From contig JAJDXV010000070.1 in NCBI GenBank assembly GCA_022823085.1, positions 4,679 to 68,678 of the forward strand: a stretch of DNA of 64,000 bases, given 5' to 3'. Position 1 is the first letter of the stretch; each line of letters begins with the position of its first letter. A model generated the notes under the pieces. It had not been told where the DNA came from and ran no database searches. It saw only the letters and a list, made by a program, of their open reading frames with translations. The DNA is from Candidatus Poribacteria bacterium (lineage in GTDB: Bacteria > Poribacteria > WGA-4E > WGA-3G). Both the position numbers and the translations under genes were made by a program. Below, one piece after another: positions 16,647-26,120 of the stretch.

Positions 16647-18665
16647 ATGACTGCGGAAATCGGACAAGCCGCTATATTCCTTTCTGTGCTTTCGTGTTTG
16701 TGGGCGATCGCGTTTCTGAGCGTCGGGTTACGGACGCGAAATCCGCATGCTATCCAGAGCGGTCGGAACGCTGTTATTGCGACCTTCATTCTTATCAGTA
16801 TTTCGACGGGTGCGTTAATCTACGGTTTTTTGACGGATGACTTCTCAATGCGCTATGTTGTTGAAGTATCAAGCGCAGCGCAGCCGTTATTTTATAAAAT
16901 CACTGCACTCTGGGGACGGATGTCCGGCTCCCTCCTTTTCTGGCTCTGGATTCTTACGGTTGTAGGTGCTGTTGTTGTCTGGCAGAGCCGTCAGCGCAAC
17001 GAGGATGCACACGATACGTTAGCAGACCATGCGCTGATTCCAATCGTTGTTGTCCAGCTTTTCTTTACGATTCTTGTCACAGGTTTAATCGAAGGGATTT
17101 ATAACCCGCTTGCTCGGTTTCCGAATGGACAGGTAGCAGCTGACGGACAAGGAATGAACCCACTTCTCCAGACCCCGCTGATGGCGATTCATCCCCCAAC
17201 CTTATATGTCGGATGGATAGCTCTGACGGTGCCGTTTGCGTTTGCAGTTGGCGCGCTTACATCGGGTAGAGTGGGAAGTGATTGGATACTGCGTACCCGG
17301 CGGTGGACGCTTTTCTCTTGGATTATCTTGACGCTCGGTATCGCGCTTGGCGGTAATTGGGCATATAAAGAACTTGGCTGGGGTGGCTACTGGGCATGGG
17401 ACCCTGTTGAGAACGCATCATTTATGCCGTGGCTCTTGGGTACTGCATATTTACACTCCGTGATGATCCAAGAGAAGCGGAACATGCTTAAATTGTGGAA
17501 CATCCTCCTGATTACGCTTGCGTTCCAATTCACGTTATTGGGGACTTTTATTACGCGTAGCGGTATTATCACATCGGTGCATGCCTTCGCGCAATCTGAT
17601 ATTGGTGCGTATTTCCTCGGTTTCATTTTAACTTCAACTGCCGGCGTTATTGGACTTATTATTTATCGTTGGAAACGTCTTAAGAGTGCGAATCGTCTTG
17701 AATCGCTTCTCTCGCGTGAGAGTGCGTTTGTGCTGAACAATTGGCTCCTTGTAGGTTTAACTCTGATTATACTCTGGGGTACGTTGTGGCCGGTTATCTC
17801 TGAGGCGATTAACGGCGAAAAATCCTCTGTTCCTGAATCCTTTTTCAATAAAGTTGTTATTATTCCAGGATTGCTACTTCTGTTCTTGACGGGTGCTGGT
17901 CCAATTATCTCATGGAAGAAGATTACGGCGAATAATTTCAGACGCCTGTTTGTGTTTCCGCTTTTGATCGGTTTAGTTGGGGGGGCTTTGACATGGGGGT
18001 TTCTGGCTTTAAAAGGATATACTTTTCCGTTGTACTCGGTGCTGTGTAGTTTTGCAGCCGTTTTTGTGTGTGTAGCGATCTTTGCGGAATTTTATCGAGG
18101 TGCGAAACTCCGCGCCAAACGGCAGGAGACCTCTTTCCTCAATGGGTTGAACCTGCTTATTCAGCGGAATAAACGGAGGTATGGTGGCTACATTATCCAT
18201 ATCGGTATCGTTATCCTCTATATAGGGATTATGGGGTCGAAAGGTTACTTTCTACTTGAGTCTGAACCGTTAGCCATTGGTCAATCGATGCAGGTCGGTA
18301 GGTTTGAACTCACAATGAAAGACTCGTTTAAAAAAGAGTACGCGAACTATCGTCGGACGGGTGTTATATTTGATGTTAAAAAGGATGGTAAGCATATAGG
18401 GACAATGGAGCCAGCACTCCATCTCTACCATAAAACTGGACAAGGTGAACCGGAGACGAAAGAATCAGCGATCCGACATTTTGGTATGAACGACCTATAT
18501 ATTGCTTTGGGGAATGTGCCACCAGACATCATGACTGGAGGATTAGCAAACGTGCAAGTGTACCACAACCCTCTCGTCGGTGTTGTCTGGCTCGGTATTG
18601 CTGTGATGGTGTTGGGCGGAATTGTTGCGATAGCCGAGAAATCTGACCGGAGCCGAGAGGCTTAA
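16647..18665 (+). CDS. ccmF: Cytochrome c heme lyase subunit CcmF
   Basis: 672 aa, polytopic. WGGYWAWDPVENASFMPWL (WWD domain). Confidence 0.9.
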   Translation: MTAEIGQAAIFLSVLSCLWAIAFLSVGLRTRNPHAIQSGRNAVIATFILISISTGALIYGFLTDDFSMRYVVEVSSAAQPLFYKITALWGRMSGSLLFWLWILTVVGAVVVWQSRQRNEDAHDTLADHALIPIVVVQLFFTILVTGLIEGIYNPLARFPNGQVAADGQGMNPLLQTPLMAIHPPTLYVGWIALTVPFAFAVGALTSGRVGSDWILRTRRWTLFSWIILTLGIALGGNWAYKELGWGGYWAWDPVENASFMPWLLGTAYLHSVMIQEKRNMLKLWNILLITLAFQFTLLGTFITRSGIITSVHAFAQSDIGAYFLGFILTSTAGVIGLIIYRWKRLKSANRLESLLSRESAFVLNNWLLVGLTLIILWGTLWPVISEAINGEKSSVPESFFNKVVIIPGLLLLFLTGAGPIISWKKITANNFRRLFVFPLLIGLVGGALTWGFLALKGYTFPLYSVLCSFAAVFVCVAIFAEFYRGAKLRAKRQETSFLNGLNLLIQRNKRRYGGYIIHIGIVILYIGIMGSKGYFLLESEPLAIGQSMQVGRFELTMKDSFKKEYANYRRTGVIFDVKKDGKHIGTMEPALHLYHKTGQGEPETKESAIRHFGMNDLYIALGNVPPDIMTGGLANVQVYHNPLVGVVWLGIAVMVLGGIVAIAEKSDRSREA

Positions 18666-18683
18666 TAAGTGAGGATTGGGACT

Positions 18684-19253
18684 ATGAAGACGCAAAGATT
18701 TTTGCACAGTGCCTTGTCCGACAAATTTGTTGTCCATAATCTGGTTCGGTTTATTCTGATTTTCGTTGTGTGTAGTTTTATGATTACTGGACACGCGGAG
18801 ACAGAAACGGGTCTGAAGACCGTAGAAGATCCTGCATTTGCGTCCAATTTGGAGGAGTTGCTAACGACGGTCTACTGTCACTGTGGCTGTACGCGGGAGA
18901 CCATCAAAGTTTGTGTGTGCGGCACGGCACTCGCGATTGAAGCCTCCTTTAAAGATGAACTTACTAAAGGTAAAAGTGTTGATGAAATTCGCGCAGCGTA
19001 TCTTGAACAATATGGTCCCCAGTTTTATGCGGTTATGCCAGCGGAGGGTATTAACGTACTCGCTTATGTTATGCCTGCGGTTATACTTGTCCTCATCGGT
19101 GGTGTCGTTTTCGTCGTGCTTCGGAGGTCAACCCGTTCAGTGCAGGGAGCGTCAATAACATCGGACGCGTCCGATAAATCGGAGTCACAGGTTTCTGATG
19201 CTGCTGTGAAACAGGTTGAGGCTGAACTCGAAAGATACAAACGAGGAAACTAA
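18684..19253 (+). CDS. ccmH: CcmH/NrfF-like cytochrome c biogenesis protein with atypical Cys motif
   Basis: ORF 18669..19253 trimmed to the MKTQRF ATG (GAGGA 8 nt upstream). Colinear with E. coli CcmH (GKSVDEIRAAYLEQYG, C-terminal TM), but YCHCGC replaces LRCxxC. Confidence 0.7.
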   Translation: MKTQRFLHSALSDKFVVHNLVRFILIFVVCSFMITGHAETETGLKTVEDPAFASNLEELLTTVYCHCGCTRETIKVCVCGTALAIEASFKDELTKGKSVDEIRAAYLEQYGPQFYAVMPAEGINVLAYVMPAVILVLIGGVVFVVLRRSTRSVQGASITSDASDKSESQVSDAAVKQVEAELERYKRGN

Positions 19254-19317
19254 GCACATCAAATTTTTCGTGCGGAATAGATTTTGTGTCTGTGCTTCAC
19301 AAGGTAGTGTGTTCAAT

Positions 19318-19665
19318 ATGTCTTTTCTTGTGCTTTTATGGATGATAATTCTTGGCGTTGCTCTCCTTGTCTATCTGGGTATCCCAATTTTTTCAAAAAC
19401 GGGTGTGCAACCTGTGGCGACTTCAGAAGATATTATTTTGGAACGACAGCGAACACTCTCTCAAGAACGCGAGCGCAGCTACGCCGCATTGGCGGACCTC
19501 GACGAAGATTACGAAACGGGGAAACTCTCAGAAGCCGATTATCAAGAATTGCGCGAGGAACTTTTACAAGAGACGGCACAAATCATAGTGCAGCTTGAAA
19601 GTGAATCGCAATCTGATGTAGAAGCAGAGATTGAGCGATTTAAACAGCAACAACGTGGAACATAA
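19318..19665 (+). CDS. Small CcmI-N-terminal-like membrane protein
   Basis: ORF 19216..19665 trimmed to MSFLVLLWMIILGVALLVYL. One TM helix followed by LADLDEDYETGKLSEADYQELREELL, as in the N-terminal module of CcmI. Confidence 0.55.
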   Translation: MSFLVLLWMIILGVALLVYLGIPIFSKTGVQPVATSEDIILERQRTLSQERERSYAALADLDEDYETGKLSEADYQELREELLQETAQIIVQLESESQSDVEAEIERFKQQQRGT

Positions 19666-19666
19666 C

Positions 19667-20992
19667 ATGCATACGAGCAAATTTTCATTCAGTATTTTGA
19701 GGGGCAACTCACAATATTGCGATCTCACCGAATGGTGTATGTGCAGTTTGTTGGGAGTTGTCCTGATTTTTTTCTGGCTTCCGACCTCTCCTGCCCAAAC
19801 GACGAAATCTGGCAATATCGTAGGTACAGTTGTTGACAGAAAGCTTGAGAAGCCACTTGTCTCACATTCAGTGACGCTGACGATTCATAGGACTGAGGGA
19901 ACTGAAACTGAGCAGGCGTTGACGGATGAAGATGGTAATTACCGTTTTGCAGGTCTACCGCTTGATCCAACGGTTCATTACACCGTTTCAACTGTTTATG
20001 AAGACACAGATTATAGTGAGGCGGATGTGGTTTTGTCGACTTGGGCGCCGGATATAACGATTGATTTCAACATCGGTGCATTTACGAATGACAAGACCGA
20101 AGTCCGGATTAAAACGCATTCCTTTATCATTGGACCGCCGCCTGAAGGACATGCCCCGGACGGTGCTGTTACAATTATTGAGGCCGTCGGCGTTGAGAAC
20201 CGTAGTGATCTGCCTTTCCAAATAGAGCGCGGCGCGCAGAAGGTCGGGTTGTATCTGACGCTTCCGAAAGGTACGGAAGGGTTTGAATCCCGTTCATCGA
20301 CTGCCTTCACGATGCGTCCTGGCACCGATGAGGTGGTTCTGAAAACGCCGCTACCGCCTGGGGAGTTGCAGTTAGGTTATACTTATATTTTTCACGTTGA
20401 GAGAGATGGGTTGAATTTATCCCGCCGTTTGGATTTTGATACGGCGCAATTCATGTTTTTTATTCCTGATGGTATCGGTTTGGTACCGAATGCAAAATTT
20501 TTCGGTGCGCCGAGACGCGAACAAATTCATAACAATATTTATCTTATTTATCAGAGTGCGCCGGATCAAGTTTTTGAGGCGGGTACGACGATTGATTTAG
20601 CACTTAAGGTCAACATGGGGGCGACCGGTGGTGCTGTTCCCGGTCAGAGCTCTAATCTCGGACAGTTGATTCTTATTGCTGTTGCGGCGGCATTGACTGG
20701 CGGATTTTTTGTCGCTGCACTTTTCAAACTCCGTGCGGCGAACAATAGCACGGCATCTGATACCGATGATACTTCTGATACTTCAATATTACGAGATGCG
20801 GGCTGGCTTCGTAAACTGGATCCGGACGACCTTGAGCATGCCCGTGTTGCGAGGCTTGAATTTATTACGCATCTTGATGATAAGTACGAGAGGCAGGAGA
20901 TCTCGGCGCGCGTTTATAAACGGTTGCGCGGAGAACAGACAGACCGCCTCACCGCACTCTTAGAACAACAGAAAAGGGGAAACAATGCATAG
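19667..20992 (+). CDS. CarboxypepD_reg-like domain protein with C-terminal TM helix and CcmI-like tail
   Basis: ATG 1 nt after the preceding stop (alternative start MCSLLGVV at 19739 gives a signal peptide). GNIVGTVVD...DEDGNYRFAGLP. TM LILIAVAAALTGGFFVAALF. Tail YKRLRGEQTDRLTALL. Confidence 0.6.
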   Translation: MHTSKFSFSILRGNSQYCDLTEWCMCSLLGVVLIFFWLPTSPAQTTKSGNIVGTVVDRKLEKPLVSHSVTLTIHRTEGTETEQALTDEDGNYRFAGLPLDPTVHYTVSTVYEDTDYSEADVVLSTWAPDITIDFNIGAFTNDKTEVRIKTHSFIIGPPPEGHAPDGAVTIIEAVGVENRSDLPFQIERGAQKVGLYLTLPKGTEGFESRSSTAFTMRPGTDEVVLKTPLPPGELQLGYTYIFHVERDGLNLSRRLDFDTAQFMFFIPDGIGLVPNAKFFGAPRREQIHNNIYLIYQSAPDQVFEAGTTIDLALKVNMGATGGAVPGQSSNLGQLILIAVAAALTGGFFVAALFKLRAANNSTASDTDDTSDTSILRDAGWLRKLDPDDLEHARVARLEFITHLDDKYERQEISARVYKRLRGEQTDRLTALLEQQKRGNNA

Positions 20993-21380
20993 CAAACACC
21001 GCATCGCTGATTTGATAGTTATGTTAGGTCATGTTGACGAAAACGTTCGGGACACAGCGAAGGCAGAATTGATTGCGATAGGTGAACCTGCGATTCCACA
21101 ACTCATCGATGTCCTTACCCAAGAGTGTTGGCATATATCCGGGTATGGTGCTGAGTTCTACACTCATATAGAGGAGTCTGCGATTCCAGTTTATATGGAA
21201 CAGATGGCGAATAACGCTTCGGAGGTCTTGGCAGAGATCGGCGAATCCACTGTCCCGGCACTGACGGCAGAGCTGACCAGAGCCGAGCGCGAGTTTTCGG
21301 AATGGTTTTACAAGTACTTGCGTCCCGAGCAGACAGACCGTCTGATCACAATGTTGGCGTATGTTAAGAAAGGCGAGTAG
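20985..21380 (+). CDS. HEAT-repeat protein
   Basis: 131 aa. 8-nt overlap with the upstream gene. VRDTAKAELIAIGEPAIPQLIDVL HEAT-like units. Confidence 0.65.
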   Translation: MHSKHRIADLIVMLGHVDENVRDTAKAELIAIGEPAIPQLIDVLTQECWHISGYGAEFYTHIEESAIPVYMEQMANNASEVLAEIGESTVPALTAELTRAEREFSEWFYKYLRPEQTDRLITMLAYVKKGE

Positions 21381-21995
21381 ATGGACAACGAGAGCATTAT
21401 AGCCGACTTAATCTATGATTTGGCGGAGTTCGATGACGATGTCCGCGAGGCTGCGAGAGCAGAATTGGTTGCGATGGGTGAACCTGCGATTCCGCAGCTC
21501 GTTGAGGCACTCGCTGATAATCTTGGGGATGTGGTTGAACAAGCCGCTGATGTTTTGGCTGCGATAGGTGAACCGGCCATACCTGCCCTTATTGATGAGA
21601 TGGCGATCGCTGAGCGGTATCATGCGCTGGCTCTGGGTGATACGCTGAGCCGTATCGGTGAACCGGCAGTCCCGGCTCTGGTTGAAGCATTATCCGATAA
21701 ACTCAATGAAGAGTTCCGGGAATATGCGGCTCGTTCGCTCAACCTGATGGGAGTTTCGGCAATTGGTGCGCTGCCTGCGCTTATTGAGGCTTTGAGCGAT
21801 CCGTCGGAGGATGTTCGTTCTTATGCTGCGTACACGTTTGCCAAAATGGAGGGAGCGGCAGCGGAGGCGGTCCCTGCGCTTATCAAGGTGCTTGCTGATG
21901 AATCCGAAAGGGTCCAGAATCGTGCAGCTTTTGCATTAGAAAAAATTGGAACTCCGGAAGCGAAACAAGCACTTGAAGCATTCAGCCAATCTTAG
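21381..21995 (+). CDS. HEAT-repeat protein
   Basis: 204 aa. ATG directly abuts the preceding TAG. Six or so IGEPAIPAL / VR..AA.AL repeats. Confidence 0.7.
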   Translation: MDNESIIADLIYDLAEFDDDVREAARAELVAMGEPAIPQLVEALADNLGDVVEQAADVLAAIGEPAIPALIDEMAIAERYHALALGDTLSRIGEPAVPALVEALSDKLNEEFREYAARSLNLMGVSAIGALPALIEALSDPSEDVRSYAAYTFAKMEGAAAEAVPALIKVLADESERVQNRAAFALEKIGTPEAKQALEAFSQS

Positions 21996-22257
21996 TGGGT
22001 ATATAGCCGCATCGCGTGTCCTTTATATTCTTTCCTGATTTCTCCAGCAGGCTTTTCCGCATCACTTGTGTCCTTGCTTCAACACTATCAGAGACGCGAT
22101 GTGCTGGAATATCATTGGGAGCCCGGAAACTTGCCTCGACAGGTGATTGTGGCGGAGTGGGAGATGGCGACTCATCATCTCAACAGACACACAATGATAG
22201 GTGGTGTAGGTTTGTAAAATCTGCTGTATAATGCCTTCCGTTGAGACTTAAAAAAAC

Positions 22258-22286
22258 TTGAAAAAATCACTCAAATATCGTATAAT
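22258..22286 (+). promoter_or_regulatory. Sigma70-like promoter with about 185-nt leader upstream of korA
   Basis: TTGAAA (22258-22263), 17 nt, TATAAT (22281-22286). Confidence 0.5.
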
Positions 22287-22475
22287 TAAAAAAAGTAGAA
22301 TGTGATGTGTGTTTATGAAGATTAAAAAAAAGGTGCAAATATCGCAATGTAATTAATAAACGAATCAATTTGCTTATTTGTCCATCCATCTGATGTCGCT
22401 GCATTGCTTGAACCGAACTGTGTTGTATTTGCGGTATCAGAATGGAATACAAAAAATTATTAGAAGGGAGCCAAG

Positions 22476-24260
22476 ATGGCAAAGTACGATTTTGCAATCG
22501 CTGTAGGAGGGGCACCCGGGCAAGGTATCGAAACTGCAGGCAAAAGTATCAGCCAAATCTGTGCCCGGTATGGGCTGAACGTTTTTACTTACACCGCCTA
22601 TCAATCGCTCATCCGCGGCGGTCACTCCTTCCTGACTATCCGAATCAGTTCTGAACCTATTGCGAACCACGGTGACAAGATAGACCTGATTATTGCTCTT
22701 GACCGAAATAGCGTAGAGAAGCATCTGCCACATGTCGCCCCCGGTGGTGCTTTAATCTATAATACGGAGCATGTGAGAGAGGTTCCAGAACGAGATGACA
22801 TCCAATTGTGTCCTATCTCCTATAAAGAGCTTACCAACGATCCAGACAGAAAAGCTACTATGCTCAATACCTGTATGTCCAGTGTAGCTCTGAAATTGGT
22901 AGGGATAGAGTTAGACGTGCTTGAAGAAATCATCGTTCTGGCACTACTCAAACGCAAAGGTCAAGCGGTAGTGGATGCGAATATTGCTGCTGCGCGTGCA
23001 AGTTACGATTACGCTGCTGAACACTTCACACCGTTTGATGTCCAATTTGAGAAACAGGATACTCCATTGGCGTTCGGTAGCGGTAATACCTTGATGGCAA
23101 TGGGTGGTGCGGCAGCCGGTGTCAAATTTTATGCTGCCTATCCGATGAGTCCATCAACAGGTATTCTCCACTGGATGGCCCCGAATGCTCGGGATCTCGG
23201 TATTATCGTCCGGCAATGCGAAGATGAAATTAGCGTTGTCAACATGGTCATCGGTGCTGCACACGCTGGTGCCCGTGCGATGTGTGCGACGTCGGGTGGC
23301 GGTTTCGCACTCATGTCGGAAGCGATTGGCAGTGCGGGTATGATGGAAATTCCGATTGTTGTTGTTAATGTTCAACGCGGAGGTCCTTCGACAGGTTTAC
23401 CTACGAAAACCGAGCAGGGCGATTTATGGCAAGTTCTCGGTGCGAGCCAAGGTGATTTTCCGAAAATTGTTGTTTCACCTACCAGTATTATGGACGGATT
23501 TAATACGATACCTGAAATTTTTAACCTCGTTGACAAGTTTCAATGCCCCGGCATGGTACTCACGGATTTGTCGTTGGCGGAAGGTCACACGACATTCGTG
23601 CCGGATTCTATCAACTGGCGGCCGGAAATTGACCGTGGTGAATTAATCAGCGAACCTGGACAGATAGATGGTGAATATCTGCGTTACCAAATCACAGACA
23701 GCGGGATTTCGCCCCGTGCTATTCCTGGCACGCCTGGTCACGTGCACGTTGTTGCTACTGACGATCACGATGAAGATGGGGGTCTGATTAGTGATGAGTT
23801 CACGAATCCGCACAAACGTCGTGATATTATGGAGAAACGGCAGCGGAAAATGGAAGGCATCGCTGAACGCCTCCCGCCCCCGACGCTTGAGGGACCAGAA
23901 GATGCAGAAGTTACGTTGATTGGCTGGGGGTCCACACATGGTGTGATTAGTGAAGCGGTGCAGCAGTTGACCGAAGCAGGCATTTCCACCAACCATATCC
24001 ACTTCAAGTGGCTCTATCCGTTGGATGAAGATGCTGTCAACGAAGTGCTTTCAAAATCTGCCCACGCCATTATCGTTGAGTGTAACTATACGGGTCAATT
24101 CGCTCGGTTCTTACGGGGCGAGACCGGCTTTAAGGCGGACGGACACATTCGCAAATACGACGGTGAACCGTTTATGCCGCACCACGTTGCTGATGGTGTC
24201 CGTGAACTTTTGAACAGTAAAACGGATCTTTATGTCCCCTACCAAGAGATTGTTGTTTAA
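22476..24260 (+). CDS. korA: 2-oxoacid:ferredoxin oxidoreductase, alpha subunit (gamma-alpha fusion)
   Basis: 594 aa. N-terminal GGAPGQGIETAG (gamma-like domain) followed by the alpha core AYPMSPST...GGGFALM...QRGGPSTGLPT. Confidence 0.85.
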   Translation: MAKYDFAIAVGGAPGQGIETAGKSISQICARYGLNVFTYTAYQSLIRGGHSFLTIRISSEPIANHGDKIDLIIALDRNSVEKHLPHVAPGGALIYNTEHVREVPERDDIQLCPISYKELTNDPDRKATMLNTCMSSVALKLVGIELDVLEEIIVLALLKRKGQAVVDANIAAARASYDYAAEHFTPFDVQFEKQDTPLAFGSGNTLMAMGGAAAGVKFYAAYPMSPSTGILHWMAPNARDLGIIVRQCEDEISVVNMVIGAAHAGARAMCATSGGGFALMSEAIGSAGMMEIPIVVVNVQRGGPSTGLPTKTEQGDLWQVLGASQGDFPKIVVSPTSIMDGFNTIPEIFNLVDKFQCPGMVLTDLSLAEGHTTFVPDSINWRPEIDRGELISEPGQIDGEYLRYQITDSGISPRAIPGTPGHVHVVATDDHDEDGGLISDEFTNPHKRRDIMEKRQRKMEGIAERLPPPTLEGPEDAEVTLIGWGSTHGVISEAVQQLTEAGISTNHIHFKWLYPLDEDAVNEVLSKSAHAIIVECNYTGQFARFLRGETGFKADGHIRKYDGEPFMPHHVADGVRELLNSKTDLYVPYQEIVV

Positions 24261-24278
24261 CAAAGGAGGCTGAATCAG

Positions 24279-25193
24279 ATGGCAAGAAGAGAGAGAAGAG
24301 AGAGAAGAGAAAGACCTATTCAAGGTGCGCCGACAGCGCGAGATTTTAAAGGTGATGTTAATCCCGATTGGTGTCCGGGTTGTGGTGATTTTAGTGTGCT
24401 GAATGCGCTACAAAACGCTTATGCGAAACTCGGTCGTGGCAACCATGATCATCTGACTGTAAGTGGGATCGGTTGTTCCTCTAATCTTCCTGGTTATGTC
24501 AGAACTTATGGGATGCATACGCTGCACGGTCGCGCTTTGGCGGTTGCAACGGGTGCTAAATTTGCCAATCACGAGTTGAATGTTGTCGTCACGGGTGGCG
24601 ATGGTGATGGTTACGGTATCGGCGGAAATCATTTTATTCATACGATGCGAAAAAATATTGATCTCCTCTACATCGTCATGAATAACGAGACGTATGGCTT
24701 GACAGTCGGACAAGCCTCACCAACGACTATAGTAGGAGAACAGACGAAAAGTACGCCGTTCGGTAATTTAGAGACCCCTCTGAATCCGGTAGCGATGGCG
24801 ATTGTTTCAGGTGCGACTTATGTCGCGAGAGCATTTAGTTCTGAAGGAAAACAACTCGCGGAATTGATGTATAACGGAATGCAGCACAAAGGTTTTGCGT
24901 TCATTGACGTTATCAGTCCTTGTGTGACCTGGAAGAAAGAGAAGATGGAGATTTTCGACTATTGGAAAGAGCGGGTTCAGTTTCTTGAAAATCATGACAC
25001 AAGTGACAGAGCCGCTGCACTTGCCGCAGCGGTCAAGACGGGTCATGAAACGCAGCTTGGGTTGTTCTACCACGATACGAGCCGGCAATCACTGAATGAT
25101 ATGGAACCTGTTTTGGAAAACGGTCCTATAGCACATCAACCGCTTGGCATCAGTCAAGAACAAGGCGATGCGATCATCCAGAGGATGATGTAA
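24279..25193 (+). CDS. korB: 2-oxoacid:ferredoxin oxidoreductase, beta (TPP-binding) subunit
   Basis: 304 aa. WCPGCGDF, GIGCSS, GGDGDGYGIGGNH. Confidence 0.85.
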   Translation: MARRERRERRERPIQGAPTARDFKGDVNPDWCPGCGDFSVLNALQNAYAKLGRGNHDHLTVSGIGCSSNLPGYVRTYGMHTLHGRALAVATGAKFANHELNVVVTGGDGDGYGIGGNHFIHTMRKNIDLLYIVMNNETYGLTVGQASPTTIVGEQTKSTPFGNLETPLNPVAMAIVSGATYVARAFSSEGKQLAELMYNGMQHKGFAFIDVISPCVTWKKEKMEIFDYWKERVQFLENHDTSDRAAALAAAVKTGHETQLGLFYHDTSRQSLNDMEPVLENGPIAHQPLGISQEQGDAIIQRMM

Positions 25194-25216
25194 GCTCTCG
25201 TAAAAAAATGAAAAAT

Positions 25217-25276
25217 TGGAAGACTGGAAGACTGGAAGGTTGCGTGCAACGCTTCTTCCATCTTCCCACCCTTCCA
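25217..25276. repeat. Long imperfect inverted repeat (TGGAAGAC units) around palindrome GTTGCGTGCAAC
   Basis: tggaagactggaagactggaagg / gttgcgtgcaac / cttcttccatcttcccacccttcca, between the korB stop and the ccmA start. Confidence 0.6.
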
Positions 25277-25330
25277 TTCAAGCCCTTCCCTTCTTCACCT
25301 TTCATTATTGGTTAGGAAATCGTTCACCCC

Positions 25331-26032
25331 ATGCGTCTTCGTGCTTCGCACCTCACCAAGGAATTCGGACACCGCGCGATTGTCAAAGATGCCACGTTTT
25401 CGGTTCACCCCGGTGAAGTGGTTACAATTTTCGGTCCGAACGGTGCTGGTAAAACGACGCTCATCAAAATTCTTGCGACGCTCCTGAAACCGACATCTGG
25501 GGGTCTTGAGATTGAAGGGACAGATGCGATTTCGGATTTCTTAGATGTGCGTAGTGCCTTGGGGGTCGTTATCCATGAGATGCTTGCTTATCCGGCGTTT
25601 ACGCCTTATGAGAATCTGAAGTTTTTTGGACAGATGTACGGCGTTAAGCAGTTAGAAGATCGCGCGACAACACTCCTTGCTGAAGTCGGTTTGCAACGGT
25701 TTGCCCACGAACCTCTGCACATCTTTTCACGTGGCATGACGCAGCGTTTTATGATTGCCAGAGCCCTTCTTCATCATCCTTCAGTGTTATTATTCGACGA
25801 ACCTTTCTCTGGATTAGATGCTTCTGCGAAGCAGTTTGTTTTACGGCGTGTTGCGGGGGAACAACAAAACGGCAAAGGCATTGTCATCACGACACACAAT
25901 ACGGAGTTAGGCTATCTCATCGGAACACGTTTTTTCTTTATGATAGATGGGAAATTGGAAGAGGTTGCCCAGAAAGACGAGATTACTGCGGAGACCTTAC
26001 TGCTTATGTATGAGGCGCGGCTCGCGCTTTGA
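25331..26032 (+). CDS. ccmA: ABC transporter ATP-binding protein, CcmA-like (heme exporter)
   Basis: 233 aa. Walker A GPNGAGKT, signature-like FSRGMTQR, Walker B LLLFDEP. Followed by a CcmB-like permease. Confidence 0.7.
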   Translation: MRLRASHLTKEFGHRAIVKDATFSVHPGEVVTIFGPNGAGKTTLIKILATLLKPTSGGLEIEGTDAISDFLDVRSALGVVIHEMLAYPAFTPYENLKFFGQMYGVKQLEDRATTLLAEVGLQRFAHEPLHIFSRGMTQRFMIARALLHHPSVLLFDEPFSGLDASAKQFVLRRVAGEQQNGKGIVITTHNTELGYLIGTRFFFMIDGKLEEVAQKDEITAETLLLMYEARLAL

Positions 26033-26120
26033 TGATAGGGTTTTCGCTCCGTTTTCCTTCATCAGAAAGGTTTCTGTGGACAGATGACTAACAGGTATTC
26101 TGGTAGAAATTGAGACAAAC

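Noticed and set aside
20985-21995. HEAT-repeat proteins as phycobilisome lyases (PBS-HEAT)
   Set aside because: There is no phycobiliprotein or cyanobacterial context. The tight operon linkage is to ccm genes, so only a generic HEAT-repeat call is justified.
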